Shown in pieces: positions 1 through 10,821 of a DNA stretch of 64,000 bases; position 1 is the stretch's first letter, and every line of letters begins with the position of its first letter. A program made the translations under genes and the position numbers. The notes under the pieces are model-generated. The model ran no database searches, was not told the DNA's origin, and saw only the letters and a list, made by a program, of their open reading frames with translations. The DNA comes from a bacterium (GTDB taxonomy: Bacteria; Patescibacteriota; Microgenomatia; Daviesbacterales; UBA10151): assembly GCA_021786105.1 (NCBI GenBank), contig JAJYNW010000026.1:3481-67480 (forward strand). Reading direction: 5' to 3'.

Positions 1-1599
1 ATCTGGCAAACCAAACAAGTACCTCAAGTCAATCTGTTTTCATATACCAACCCGACATTCCCGTTTATTAACACCCACTGGCTTTTTGAAGTTATGTCCT
101 ATTTATCCAGCCAAACTGTTGGTTTACAGACATTATTGTTTATCAAAATAATTATTTTCCTGGCGGCTGTTTATCTGATTTTGAGAATAATCCCAAACGA
201 TAATAAAGCATTACTTTTACCAACTGGCTTTATTTTTCTTCACGTACTACGGGAAAGAACTGAGTTAAGACCGGAGATTTTTAGTTTCTTCTTTACAGCC
301 CTAACTCTTTTAATGCTGGAAAAGTTTTTAGCATTCAGACAAATATCCTCCGATTGTGGTACATTTGTCTCGAATATTAAACTGATCTTCCTGCTTCCTT
401 TGATTCAGCTTATCTGGGTTAATACCCATATCTATTTTTTCATAGGCCTAGGTTTACAGGCTATTTTTTTAATCCACTTAACCTACCAATATTTACGCTT
501 CAACCTGAAAGGTTACAAGCTAAAAATTCTGGGGATAATTTTTGTATTATCAGTCCTGATTAGCTTAACCAACCCTAATGGTGTAGGGGGGTTCTTATAC
601 CCTCTCAATGTCACCCAAAATTTCGGCTATACCATCGTGGAAAACCAAACAATGTTTCTTTTGGAAAATATTAATTTTCAGGATCCCAATTTTTTATTTG
701 TGAAGCTATCCCTGGCTATCATCGCCTCAGCGTTAATATTCGCCGCCATTAAAAGAAAGCTATCCATCAAAAACAGCTTACTGGCTTTAGCTGGGGTAGT
801 TTTGGCTCTGATAAACACCAGAAGCTTTCCTTATCTAGTGTTTCTATCATTTCCGGCCATTCTGCAAAGCTTGGGGCAAATTAAACCAAATTCCTCTACC
901 AAGATTCTCACACTTATTTTCAGCTTACTTTTGCTAGTTGAAAGCTTCCTTTATCTAAACGGCGAGTATTACCGACGCAAAAACATGGACGATTCGGTGA
1001 ATTTCAAACTGGTGGAGAGCGGTCAAAAAGCTATGGATTTCGTCATCAGTAATAACCTGCCAAGCCCAATTTTCAATAATTTTGATATCGGCAGTTACAT
1101 TATTTACCGGGGATTTCCTAAATACCAAGTGTTCGTGGACGGCCGGCCGGAAGCTTATCCTAAGGAATTCTTCCAAAATATTTACATTCCTGTTCAATCA
1201 GATACCCAAAAATTTAAGGAGTTAGATCAAAGGATAAACTTCCAAACAATTATCTTTTCCCACACTGACCAGACTCCTTGGGGCAAAGCTTTTCTGACAT
1301 CAATCGTGAAAGATGATAATTGGAAAACAGTTTATTTGGATGATTTTATGATTGTGCTGGTAAAAAATGAAGTAGTTCAGCAAAAGAATCTGAAACCCGT
1401 TGACCTTTCTGCACTAAATCCAGGCAGTTACTCTTTTAATTCTTCTCTTTCATATCTTAAGCTCTCCCTTTTTCTCCTTCAAACCCAAAACCAACAATCT
1501 GCCAAAAAGTTTGCCGAAAAAGGTTTAGCTATTTTTCCGGGTAGTCCGCTGGGTAATGCACTTTTTGGAGTCACAACCACAAACCATATATTCTGGTAG
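1..1599 (+). CDS. Multi-pass membrane protein, 5'-partial (open to the window start); possibly a glycosyltransferase-like envelope protein
   Basis: Frame of ORF 94..1599 has no stop back to position 1; many hydrophobic helices; C-terminal soluble region. Confidence 0.6.
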   Translation: MWQTKQVPQVNLFSYTNPTFPFINTHWLFEVMSYLSSQTVGLQTLLFIKIIIFLAAVYLILRIIPNDNKALLLPTGFIFLHVLRERTELRPEIFSFFFTALTLLMLEKFLAFRQISSDCGTFVSNIKLIFLLPLIQLIWVNTHIYFFIGLGLQAIFLIHLTYQYLRFNLKGYKLKILGIIFVLSVLISLTNPNGVGGFLYPLNVTQNFGYTIVENQTMFLLENINFQDPNFLFVKLSLAIIASALIFAAIKRKLSIKNSLLALAGVVLALINTRSFPYLVFLSFPAILQSLGQIKPNSSTKILTLIFSLLLLVESFLYLNGEYYRRKNMDDSVNFKLVESGQKAMDFVISNNLPSPIFNNFDIGSYIIYRGFPKYQVFVDGRPEAYPKEFFQNIYIPVQSDTQKFKELDQRINFQTIIFSHTDQTPWGKAFLTSIVKDDNWKTVYLDDFMIVLVKNEVVQQKNLKPVDLSALNPGSYSFNSSLSYLKLSLFLLQTQNQQSAKKFAEKGLAIFPGSPLGNALFGVTTTNHIFW

Positions 1600-1619
1600 C
1601 TTAAAGTTAGTGTTATCCA

Positions 1620-2528
1620 TCAAACTAGGGCTTTTCGGGATTTAAAGAAAAAATAACCCACAATCAAAGCCGTGGCAACCGGAGATAACCAGGAAGGAAT
1701 ATGAAACCCAAAGCTATCCAAAAGCATAATGGTTCCCAGAACCAGAATAGAATACATCGCGCCGTTTTTTAAAAAGATATATTTTTTCACCCTTTCAATA
1801 TTTGATACGGTCAATTGTCTGACCACAATCGCCCCAATGCCATTACCGATTAAAATCAGCGGCACCGACAGGGTAAAGGCAAAAGCTCCCACAACCCCAT
1901 CTATGGAAAATGTAGCATCAATTACCTCCAGATAAAGCAGCTTACTGATGACTGAGCTGGTACCGCTCAAAAGTTTTTGCTCATTAGCTTCAGCATTTTC
2001 CCTAAAACCATGAACGATGAAAAAGGCCGTTGAGCCTATGACTGCTCCAAAAGCCATTAACGGATTCCCCTTCAGGGCAAACCAAACTACTACTGATAAT
2101 ATTAACGATACAACCGCATAGAACCACACTCCTTGCCGGTGGAAAAATCGCTCTCCGATTAAACCGTAATGTTTTTGTTCCAAAAACAGCCAGTAAAAAA
2201 ATAAAAAGACTAAGAAGATTCCTCCGCCTGAAAGCAGAATCGGTGCCGATCCTTCCACTGCCTGAGCCACACCAGGATTGCCGCTAAAAGCTGCCGTAAA
2301 AGCCCCAATCGGTCCCAAGGATGGATTGACAGCCCAAACAATGACCCAAGGTAACCCACCCCTCAGCAAAAATACGGCAATTAAGAGCCCCCAGGAAAGA
2401 AACCATTTTCTTGATTTGCTATCCATCCCGGATAATACTTCAGCATTAATAATGGCATTATCAATTGAAGAAATTGTTTCAAAAAGCACTAACCCGAAAA
2501 TTATTAGAACAATGGTCAAAAAGTCCAC
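1620..2528 (-). CDS. DUF475/TerC-like integral membrane protein
   Basis: Motif ETISSIDNAIINAEV and multi-TM profile typical of DUF475 family. Confidence 0.55.
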   Translation of the reverse strand: MDFLTIVLIIFGLVLFETISSIDNAIINAEVLSGMDSKSRKWFLSWGLLIAVFLLRGGLPWVIVWAVNPSLGPIGAFTAAFSGNPGVAQAVEGSAPILLSGGGIFLVFLFFYWLFLEQKHYGLIGERFFHRQGVWFYAVVSLILSVVVWFALKGNPLMAFGAVIGSTAFFIVHGFRENAEANEQKLLSGTSSVISKLLYLEVIDATFSIDGVVGAFAFTLSVPLILIGNGIGAIVVRQLTVSNIERVKKYIFLKNGAMYSILVLGTIMLLDSFGFHIPSWLSPVATALIVGYFFFKSRKALV

Positions 2529-2548
2529 GAATATATTATACTAAAGTG

Positions 2549-3859
2549 ATGAAAATTAAGAATATACCTAAATCACTCAAAAACTTCATTCTGTTTTTGG
2601 TTATTTTTGCCTTGGGAGTGGGTTTTGGGTATAAGTACATAGGAACCACCCAAAACAAACCTTTCATTAACACGGAGAAAAATACTTCAAATGCATTCGT
2701 CTTGGAAATTTATGACAAAATTAAAGAAAACTACTGGGATAATATCTCCGATGCCCAACTTTTGGATCTGTTTAAGTTAGCCATTGACCGAAACGGCGGC
2801 AATGTCACAGTTCCCAAGTTTGAAAATAAGGATAAACTGTTGAGTACCATTAACAGCAGCGTCGCCAGTTTAAATGAGGATCAAAGAAATAAATTTACAG
2901 TTAATGTTGTTTCCCAGGTTTTAGCATCACTCAGCCCTAACGGCCGATCAGGGCTATACAACCAAAAGAACGAAGAACAGTTAAAAAATACCGTTTCCAA
3001 TATTAATCCGGAAAAAGACCTTTATAAAGATTTGGGGGCACAAAAAGGAGCCTCCGAAGCAGCTATTGTTCAAGCTTTCCAGCAAAAAGCTGATGCTTTG
3101 AAAAATGATAACACGCCGCAAGCCCAGGAAAAACTAAAACAGTTGGCTTATGCCAAAGATGTTCTCACAAACAAGGATCAAAAAGTAAAATATGACCAAA
3201 ATAAAGTGGAGCCGACTATATTTACTAAAATTGTAGATTCGGGGATTTTGTATTTGCAGTTTAAAAAATTTGCTCCAACTTCCTTGGAAGAATTCCAAAA
3301 AGCTTTTGATGCCTACAAAGACGACTCATCATTAAACGCCCTGATTTTTGACCTAAGAGGCAATATCGGCGGAGCCATTGACCAGACTGCTTATCTGTTA
3401 GGATTTTTCTTGGGCAAAGGGCAATATGCTTTTGATTTTTACCACAAAGGAGAATATTTACCATTCAAAACCCAGGCAGATAAACTGTTTAGCGTGACCA
3501 AATATAAACAGGTAGTGGTACTGGTGGATCAAAATACCCAATCTTCTGCGGAAATGATGGCAGCCTCTTTGAAAAAATACCATGCCGGAGTGATTGTGGG
3601 AGTTCCTACCAAAGGATGGGGGACAGTGGAGCGGATTTTTCCTTTAGATAACCAAATCAGCAAAAGCGAAAAATACTCCCTTTTCCTGGTTCACTCTATT
3701 ACTTTGCGGGACGACAACCAGCCCATTGAGGGTCGGGGAGTAGAACCGGATGTCAGCACTAAAGATCCCAACTGGACTCAAAAACTGCTTTTATACTTTA
3801 ACAATTTGACGCTGGTAAACAATACAGCCAAAACCCTCATCGGCAGTTTTTCTAACTAA
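2549..3859 (+). CDS. S41 family C-terminal processing peptidase (signal-anchored)
   Basis: FDLRGNIGG motif, TQSSAEMMAASL Ser region; ATG at 2549 avoids overlap with upstream gene. Confidence 0.8.
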   Translation: MKIKNIPKSLKNFILFLVIFALGVGFGYKYIGTTQNKPFINTEKNTSNAFVLEIYDKIKENYWDNISDAQLLDLFKLAIDRNGGNVTVPKFENKDKLLSTINSSVASLNEDQRNKFTVNVVSQVLASLSPNGRSGLYNQKNEEQLKNTVSNINPEKDLYKDLGAQKGASEAAIVQAFQQKADALKNDNTPQAQEKLKQLAYAKDVLTNKDQKVKYDQNKVEPTIFTKIVDSGILYLQFKKFAPTSLEEFQKAFDAYKDDSSLNALIFDLRGNIGGAIDQTAYLLGFFLGKGQYAFDFYHKGEYLPFKTQADKLFSVTKYKQVVVLVDQNTQSSAEMMAASLKKYHAGVIVGVPTKGWGTVERIFPLDNQISKSEKYSLFLVHSITLRDDNQPIEGRGVEPDVSTKDPNWTQKLLLYFNNLTLVNNTAKTLIGSFSN

Positions 3860-3915
3860 TTTGATTTACGAAATTTAGCTTAACTTACTTATACTATTCG
3901 TGGTATATTAATGCA

Positions 3916-5589
3916 GTGAGAAAACACACAATTTTACTGCTTCTCATTATTCTTTCCGCCGTCTTTTTAAGGTTTTATCAAATTGACACAAATCCCAAAT
4001 CAATGTACGGAGACAGTTTAACTTTGGTCTATGACGCTTATTCAATACTTAAAACCGGCCACGACCAAAAAGGAAATTTCCTGCCTTTAGTTTTTTCACT
4101 CGGAGGAGGCAGGCCAGGCGGATATATTTATGCCACCATTCCTTTTGTCGCCTTTTTTGGCCCAACCGCACTTGCTGCCCGAATGGTTTCAGTCTTATCA
4201 GGTCTGGGAATAATTATTCTGCTTTATTTATTGGGTAAGAAATTCTTTTCAAAAAGCGCCGGACTGGCGATTGCCGCAGTTGCTGCCGTAAACCCCTGGG
4301 AACTGAGTTTAAGCCGGGGACCGTTTGAAACCCACTTTGCTTTATTTTTAACCACCTTGGGATTTTATTCATTTTTGAAAGGATTGAAAAACAAATATTG
4401 GCTACTGGGGGCAGCTTTATCATTCGGGTTGGCCACCCAAACTTATTCCACCTACCGGCTCACTGTCCCTCTATTTACGGGGTTACTGCTAATTTGGGGT
4501 ATGTATTCGCAGGGCTTCACTTTACGAAGTTACCTTAAAAAGCCTGCTTTCCTTGTTTTTGTAGCGGTAATTTCTATCTTCACCATTTTGAGTGTTTATC
4601 TGACAGTCAGCCGCGGCAAAGAAGACCGGTTTGATATCATCAATATCTTCAAGGATCCCACTTTAAGGTCCACAATTTCCCAGAAAGTTAAAGCAGAGAT
4701 GACACTTGACAGTCTTTCACCGTCTGTTTCACACACACTGCACAATCCTCGCATCGAACTGGCTGGGGTGCTGGCGGAAAATTACGCGGGCAATTTCCTA
4801 CCACATTTTCTGTTTTTACACGGCGACGGCCAAGTCCGGCATAATCCGGCCGAGATGGGAGAATTTTTCTGGATTGATGCTTTTCTTTTGATCGCCGGAG
4901 TAATTTTTCTATATCAGTCAAATAAAAAACTACTAATGCTGCTTATTGGCTGGATCCTAATTGCTCCGATCCCTACCAGTTTAGTCGGCGGCCCGCACGC
5001 TCTGCGCAGTTCTCTTTTACTTCCCCCCATGCTGATCCTGACCGGCTTAGGCTTTTGGAAGATATGGAGTATCCGGGGTAAGCCTATCAATCTGTTGAAC
5101 CCAGCTATATTTACCATCTTAGCTACGCTTTTTTTCATCCAATTTACTTACTTTGTTGACAGGTTTTACTTTGTTGCCCCGCAAAAAAACACCAAGGCCT
5201 GGTCATATCCGGCCAAGGAAGCGGCGCAACTGGCTTTGGAAAACCGCCGAAAATTTGACTTTGTCATACTGTCTAACGATATTGATAATATGGAATTTGC
5301 TTACCCGGTTTATGCTAAGTTGGATCCCAATTTGGTAATCAAACAAAACCAATCTCCTGCCAAAATCGGAGAGTTTAAGTTTTTTAAGTATGACAATGTT
5401 TATATTGGTTCCTTACCCAACACCAGGGTAATGCAATTTATCAAGGACCTGCCTGGATCTGTTTTGTATGTAGGAGCAGAAAAGGAACAAAAATACTTGG
5501 AAAATTATCGCATGATTAATGGTTTTGATGATCAACCAGATTTAATAATTACCGAAAAAGCCGCAATTAAGGATTCAAATTCCCAATAA
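3916..5589 (+). CDS. GT39/ArnT-PMT-like membrane glycosyltransferase
   Basis: N-terminal DxL...YDAY..KTG...FLPLVFSLGGG and RMVSVLSGL motif region typical of family 39 glycosyltransferases; about 10 TM. Confidence 0.65.
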   Translation: MRKHTILLLLIILSAVFLRFYQIDTNPKSMYGDSLTLVYDAYSILKTGHDQKGNFLPLVFSLGGGRPGGYIYATIPFVAFFGPTALAARMVSVLSGLGIIILLYLLGKKFFSKSAGLAIAAVAAVNPWELSLSRGPFETHFALFLTTLGFYSFLKGLKNKYWLLGAALSFGLATQTYSTYRLTVPLFTGLLLIWGMYSQGFTLRSYLKKPAFLVFVAVISIFTILSVYLTVSRGKEDRFDIINIFKDPTLRSTISQKVKAEMTLDSLSPSVSHTLHNPRIELAGVLAENYAGNFLPHFLFLHGDGQVRHNPAEMGEFFWIDAFLLIAGVIFLYQSNKKLLMLLIGWILIAPIPTSLVGGPHALRSSLLLPPMLILTGLGFWKIWSIRGKPINLLNPAIFTILATLFFIQFTYFVDRFYFVAPQKNTKAWSYPAKEAAQLALENRRKFDFVILSNDIDNMEFAYPVYAKLDPNLVIKQNQSPAKIGEFKFFKYDNVYIGSLPNTRVMQFIKDLPGSVLYVGAEKEQKYLENYRMINGFDDQPDLIITEKAAIKDSNSQ

Positions 5590-6235
5590 TTTTTATTACC
5601 TCTTTTAGATTACTGATTAAAAAATCAGGCTTGGCTTTTTTTAAACGGAGGGTAGAACAGTAACCATGGGTAATCGCCGCTGTATAAAAACCTAATTCTT
5701 TACCAATTTCTATCTCCTCAATAGAGTCACCAATAACCAATACCTCCTTAGCCGATAATTTCTTACTTATAATATAATCTTTAAGCTTTTCTGCCTTGGC
5801 ACGGCCACGGAAAGCCGATTCAGGATGGGTATTGGCTAAAACTCGGTTAAAATACTTGCCGATCTTTAATCTTTTGAGCTGAATTTTAATCGGTTCATGG
5901 AGGTGGTTGCTGAAAATAAGTGCCTCAATTTGATTTTTAGAAAGCCAAATTAATAATTCTTTGGCAAAAGCCCTAGATCTGACTTTACCGGCTCTCTGCT
6001 CATAATTGGTGTGGAAAACATGGGCTACCTCAACTTTTTTGCGGTCAAGCACCTCAGCTGATGCACCCATGGCAATATAGGCATTTCTGGCCGGAATATC
6101 AAAACATGCCTGAAATTTTTTTAAATTAATTGCCTTAACACCAAGGAATTTAAAAACTTCATTTACTGCATCCACTGCGGCCAGAGAATCAGCAAAAATT
6201 GTCCCATTCCAATCAAAAGCCACCAATTTAATCAT
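5567..6235 (-). CDS. HAD-superfamily hydrolase
   Basis: MIKLVAFDWNGT (DxDxT-like motif I) and HAD fold motifs; start chosen at internal Met. Confidence 0.7.
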   Translation of the reverse strand: MIKLVAFDWNGTIFADSLAAVDAVNEVFKFLGVKAINLKKFQACFDIPARNAYIAMGASAEVLDRKKVEVAHVFHTNYEQRAGKVRSRAFAKELLIWLSKNQIEALIFSNHLHEPIKIQLKRLKIGKYFNRVLANTHPESAFRGRAKAEKLKDYIISKKLSAKEVLVIGDSIEEIEIGKELGFYTAAITHGYCSTLRLKKAKPDFLISNLKEVIKIIGNLNP

Positions 6236-6605
6236 GCAGAAATTATACCAAAGAAGAAGTAAAGTTAGGATCTTCCTAAATTCGCTATCACGTCTATCAT
6301 CTGAAGCTCCCAATCGCGTTGCTCAGCTGAATTGCTATATGGAAGCGGAGCTTTTGGATCGACTTCGAGCATTTTTGCTATATCAGCAGGTCCGGAAACA
6401 ATTCTTTCCCATAAAGTTTGCTGTCCTATCGGTTTGGACTCTCTTCGGGTTACCCCTAAATTTCCATCCGGTATTTTATCATTCCTTAATCTCTCTCCAG
6501 GCATTATCAAACACTAGCATACCAAAATTCTGCTGTCAATTCCTGTAAAACTATTATCGAATTCTTACAAAATAATGTTAGTATGGAACAAAAGGGGGTG
6601 AGAAA

Positions 6606-6989
6606 ATGGCAGGTTACATTGTTAATATTGAAGAAAAAACGGAACAGAATGAGAATTTCCGGGAAGTTTTATTTACCAGTCCGCACAGCCAATTAGTAGT
6701 CATGAGCCTTCAGCCCAATGAAGATATTGGTATGGAAACTCATGAAAAGGTGGATCAATTCATTAGAATTGAAGCGGGAGAAGGCAAGGCGGTTTTAAAC
6801 GGCGAGGAGAACTTGATTTCGGACGGTTCGGCCATTGTTATACCAGCCGGCACAGAACATAACGTCATCAATACTTCAAACCAGGAACTAAAACTATACA
6901 CAATCTACTCTCCGCCAAATCACCGGGATAAAACCATTCACAAAACCAAAGCAGAGGCGGAAGCCGATACAGAAGATATCCCGAGTTGA
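6606..6989 (+). CDS. Cupin domain protein
   Basis: IVIPAGTEHNVIN cupin motif; strong SD GGGGGTGA upstream. Confidence 0.7.
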   Translation: MAGYIVNIEEKTEQNENFREVLFTSPHSQLVVMSLQPNEDIGMETHEKVDQFIRIEAGEGKAVLNGEENLISDGSAIVIPAGTEHNVINTSNQELKLYTIYSPPNHRDKTIHKTKAEAEADTEDIPS

Positions 6990-7025
6990 CTGTTTTAAAA
7001 ATTAACAGTAGACTAAATTTGTAGC

Positions 7026-8678
7026 ATGGATAGTGATCTTGTCACCCGACTTAAAGATGTTGTTTCCGGAGATGTGGCAGCCGACGAAGAAACCCTTAAT
7101 ACGTTTAGTCACGATACTTCACTTTTCGAAGTTAAACCGCAGGCAGTAGTTTACCCAAAAACAGAAGAAGATGTACAAAAACTGGTCAAATTTGTGACCG
7201 AAAACAAAAAAACTCTTCCTAATCTGTCTTTAACCGGCCGATCCGCCGGCACCGACATGGGAGGAGGGTCCATCAATGAATCAATCATTGTGGCTTTTGG
7301 CAAATATTTTAATCATGGCCCGAAAATTTCCGGCCAAATTGCCACTGTTGAACCGGGGGTATTTTATCGGGATTTTGAAAAAGAAACCCTGGCTCATAAC
7401 TTAATTTTCCCCAGTTACCCGGCTTCTCGGGAACTGTGCGCCATGGGCGGAATTGTTAACAATAATGCCGGCGGGGAAAAATCTTTGTTTTATGGCAAGA
7501 CCGAAAACTTTGTTAAACTGGTCAAAGTAGTTTTGCGGGATGGTAATACATATGAATTAAAACCGCTAACCGAAGCAGAGCTACAAGAAAAAATGAAATT
7601 AAAAACCTTGGAAGGGGAGATTTATACCAAAATGCATCAGCTGATTTCTGAAAATTATGATGACATTATGAAAGCCAAACCCACAGTTTCCAAAAATTCT
7701 GCCGGTTACAGTTTGTGGGATGTTTGGGACAAGGAAAAGGGTATTTTTGATTTAGCCAAATTATGGGTGGGAGCCCAAGGCACGCTGGGAATGATGCTGA
7801 AAGCTGATATCCAGTTAGTGCCCATTCACCAACATCGGGAAATGATGATCCTTTTCTTATACGATCTATCACACCTTGGTGAAATCATCAATGCTGTTTT
7901 ACCCTTAGAGCCGGAAAGTTTTGAAGCTTATGATGACAATACCTTAAAGCTGGCTTTAAAATTTTTCCCGGAATTTGCCAAACAATTGGGCACCAAAAGC
8001 TTCCTCCAAACCGGTCTGGAATTTATGCCGGAATTTTTTATGGTGTTAACTCACGGTCTGCCAAAAATGGTTTTGCAGATTGATTTTACCGGTGACAACA
8101 TGGAGGAATTAGGAAAAAAGATTAAAGAGCTGGAAGAAAAGGTCAAACCATACCACCCGAAAATTAAAATCGCAATAGAAAGGCAGGAAGAAAAATACTG
8201 GGTCATCAGGAGAGAAAGCTTTAGTTTGCTAAGAAATAAAATCCGCGACAAACACACCGCTCCCTTTGTGGATGATTTTGTGGTAGCTCCACAGTATTTA
8301 CCGGAATTCCTTCCCAAAGTTAATGCTCTATTTAAACAATACCCCAGTCTGATTTATACGGTGGCCGGTCACATCGGCAACGGCAACTTCCATATTATCC
8401 CTTTAATGGATATCACCAAAAAAGACCAGCGGGATATTATCCCGGAATTGGGCAAAAAGGTGTATAATTTGGTACTTTCTTACCACGGTTCAATTACCGG
8501 CGAACACAATGACGGTATTATCAGAACGCCATATCTTGAGCAAATGTTTGGTAAAAAAATGGTGGAGCTGTTTGAAAAAACCAAAGAAATTTTTGATCCG
8601 CAAAATATTTTTAACCCCGGTAAAAAAGTCCACGGCTCTTTAGACTACGCCATGAGCCACATCCGCCAACAGTGGTAA
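7026..8678 (+). CDS. FAD-binding (FAD-linked oxidase, GlcD/D-lactate dehydrogenase-like) oxidoreductase
   Basis: LTGRSAGTDMGGGS FAD-binding PCMH motif; C-terminal GHIGNGNFH...GEHNDG oxidase domain. Confidence 0.8.
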   Translation: MDSDLVTRLKDVVSGDVAADEETLNTFSHDTSLFEVKPQAVVYPKTEEDVQKLVKFVTENKKTLPNLSLTGRSAGTDMGGGSINESIIVAFGKYFNHGPKISGQIATVEPGVFYRDFEKETLAHNLIFPSYPASRELCAMGGIVNNNAGGEKSLFYGKTENFVKLVKVVLRDGNTYELKPLTEAELQEKMKLKTLEGEIYTKMHQLISENYDDIMKAKPTVSKNSAGYSLWDVWDKEKGIFDLAKLWVGAQGTLGMMLKADIQLVPIHQHREMMILFLYDLSHLGEIINAVLPLEPESFEAYDDNTLKLALKFFPEFAKQLGTKSFLQTGLEFMPEFFMVLTHGLPKMVLQIDFTGDNMEELGKKIKELEEKVKPYHPKIKIAIERQEEKYWVIRRESFSLLRNKIRDKHTAPFVDDFVVAPQYLPEFLPKVNALFKQYPSLIYTVAGHIGNGNFHIIPLMDITKKDQRDIIPELGKKVYNLVLSYHGSITGEHNDGIIRTPYLEQMFGKKMVELFEKTKEIFDPQNIFNPGKKVHGSLDYAMSHIRQQW

Positions 8679-8747
8679 TACTTTACATTCACACCCGGAG
8701 GGTGATATAGCTTTACACCTATTCTTAATTGCATTACAGGAATTTGT

Positions 8748-9419
8748 TTAGTCTAAAACGAGATGCTTTATAGCATCCAATTGCCTGGCATAATCTATTT
8801 GGTTGTTAACAAATTCCCGATAAGCTTGGGTTGATTTAAACATACTCAAAACTAAGTCTTTTTGTGATATTTCTTCTGCAGACAAAGACAAGTATTCCGG
8901 ATAGGATGACCAATGATAATTTTCCAGTTCTTCGCTGGGTATTATACTTGAGGTCACCGGATTTAAATGAATATACCTTGAAGCATGTACTAATTGCTCA
9001 TCAGTTTCGATATGAACCGCCTTAAAGACCCCTTCAAACAATGGACCAGCCCTTTTGTACTTAGTATTGAAATATTTGATATAAGCATTTGTTATATTAG
9101 ATATAAAAGAAGAAATTCCTTTATCGGATGTTTGTTTTAAAAGAAAGTGAAAATGATTTGGCATGATGCAATAGCTTAAAATATCAAGTATTCGTTCACT
9201 GCTATGTAATTCTTCTAACATTTTTTCTCTAATATCTATAGGTTGCTGATTAACCTGAGAAAATCTGATGGGGATATTTTTATGCCTGTAAAATTTAATT
9301 AGTTTTTGAATTCTTTCAAACTCTTTTTTATCGTTAAAAGTGCTTCTTCGATCTATGCCTCGATTGAAAACGTGATAAATCTCATTATTTTGAAATACCA
9401 ACTTTCGAAATGTGGCCAT
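8748..9419 (-). CDS. IS200-like / REP-associated tyrosine (Y1, HuH) transposase
   Basis: YHVFNRG... and CIMPNHFHFLL (HuH) motifs of the Transposase_17/RAYT family; no partner tnpB. Confidence 0.7.
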   Translation of the reverse strand: MATFRKLVFQNNEIYHVFNRGIDRRSTFNDKKEFERIQKLIKFYRHKNIPIRFSQVNQQPIDIREKMLEELHSSERILDILSYCIMPNHFHFLLKQTSDKGISSFISNITNAYIKYFNTKYKRAGPLFEGVFKAVHIETDEQLVHASRYIHLNPVTSSIIPSEELENYHWSSYPEYLSLSAEEISQKDLVLSMFKSTQAYREFVNNQIDYARQLDAIKHLVLD

Positions 9420-9516
9420 AGATAAATCTTAATCAAAATAAAGATAGGGTGTTAACCTAAACTACCAGGAGGGTGTAAAACTGACAATACATTAAAATTA
9501 TAGTAATATACGAAGA

Positions 9517-10047
9517 ATGTCAGCAGCAGAAACAGAAAATTTAGTTCCAGTACGAATTTGGTGGGGCGATTCAACTAGCGCTCAATTAGCTAAATATACG
9601 AGGAACGTTTACGAGGAGCGGAAATTAGCAAGTAATGATTTTCGTCAACAAACACGTTTATATCGGAAATATACATATGGGTCTGGAAATCCAGATGACC
9701 TATTATACGATTTAGGACATTCTGGCAGAGGCTTGGATTCCTTTCCTAGAGAAATTGAACTAAGGATACCAAAACCAGCAGAAGTAATTAGTGAATACGG
9801 AGCGTCTGCGAAAGGCTTAGAGGTAGAATTGCAAACTTCCAGCTTAGTTATTCAACTAGCAAATATCGCAGAGAGTTATCTTCAAACGCTGCCCTTAAGA
9901 CAGCAGGATCCGCTGGCTTATTCAGACACAATAAAATTAATGCAGATTCTCGCTGAGAGTTTGGGTGATAAAAAAACTCATATCTCATTAGTCTGTTTTG
10001 GTTATTATGAGCCTGAAGATGCTTATGAAGTTAAGGAAATAGAATAA
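9517..10047 (+). CDS. Hypothetical protein
   Basis: 176-aa ORF, no recognisable motifs; codon flavour differs slightly from neighbours. Confidence 0.45.
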   Translation: MSAAETENLVPVRIWWGDSTSAQLAKYTRNVYEERKLASNDFRQQTRLYRKYTYGSGNPDDLLYDLGHSGRGLDSFPREIELRIPKPAEVISEYGASAKGLEVELQTSSLVIQLANIAESYLQTLPLRQQDPLAYSDTIKLMQILAESLGDKKTHISLVCFGYYEPEDAYEVKEIE

Positions 10048-10075
10048 AATCCGGACATCAAGAAGTCACGCTAAA

Positions 10076-10819
10076 CTACTGAATCTCGTAGCTTAAAGTA
10101 ATATCAACGGTTACTTCAGAAGAACCTGGTTCAACCTGAGTCCGCGTATCTCCGGCAGATTTTTCCAGAGCCCCTACAGCCATCGGCACTGGTCTGGGCT
10201 GACCTTGCAGATTTTCAGAATAATTGATAATCCTGCCTAACCTAAACCCGGCAATTTGGGCAGCTTCTGCGGCTTTTTTCTTAGCCGCTTCCACGGCTTT
10301 TTGCCGAGCTTCATTTTCTAGTTTGGTTTTATCATCAATATCAAAGGAAACGCCGGAAACCTGGTTGGCTCCATTATTAGTCGCTGTATCAATCACGTTA
10401 TTAGCATTATCCAAATTCCGGACTTTTATTAACAAATTAGTGCTGGCAGAATAGCCGGTAATTTTTTGTGATCCGCTACCATAATCATAAGTCGGGAAAA
10501 TGCTGTAGTTGGCGGTTTGGATATCTTTGGCATCTACGCCGGCTTGTTTCAAAGCCTCCGAAACTTTATTAATCACACCGTTGATTTGATCCTGGACTGC
10601 TTTGACGCTTTGAGCTTGAACTTGGATTCCGGCAGTAATTGAAGCTATATCAGGCTTAGCGGTAATTTTGCCTTCACCAGTCACATCAAAAGTGGTGGAT
10701 TTTTGAGTGGTTACGCTGGTAACAGAGAAGGGGAGCGGACCAACTAATCTAGTGTACAGAAACAGCATGACAAAAAAGGCAATTAACCAAACAAACGGAT
10801 ACGCAAATTTAGAATACAT
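10076..10819 (-). CDS. SIMPL (DUF541) domain periplasmic protein
   Basis: Signal anchor plus SIMPL-type sequence (TAKPDIASITAGIQ...). Confidence 0.65.
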   Translation of the reverse strand: MYSKFAYPFVWLIAFFVMLFLYTRLVGPLPFSVTSVTTQKSTTFDVTGEGKITAKPDIASITAGIQVQAQSVKAVQDQINGVINKVSEALKQAGVDAKDIQTANYSIFPTYDYGSGSQKITGYSASTNLLIKVRNLDNANNVIDTATNNGANQVSGVSFDIDDKTKLENEARQKAVEAAKKKAAEAAQIAGFRLGRIINYSENLQGQPRPVPMAVGALEKSAGDTRTQVEPGSSEVTVDITLSYEIQ

Positions 10820-10821
10820 AA

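Noticed and set aside
2465-2548. Upstream extension of the S41 peptidase ORF
   Set aside because: It overlaps the convergent DUF475 gene end, and the downstream ATG at 2549 gives a typical signal-anchored N-terminus.
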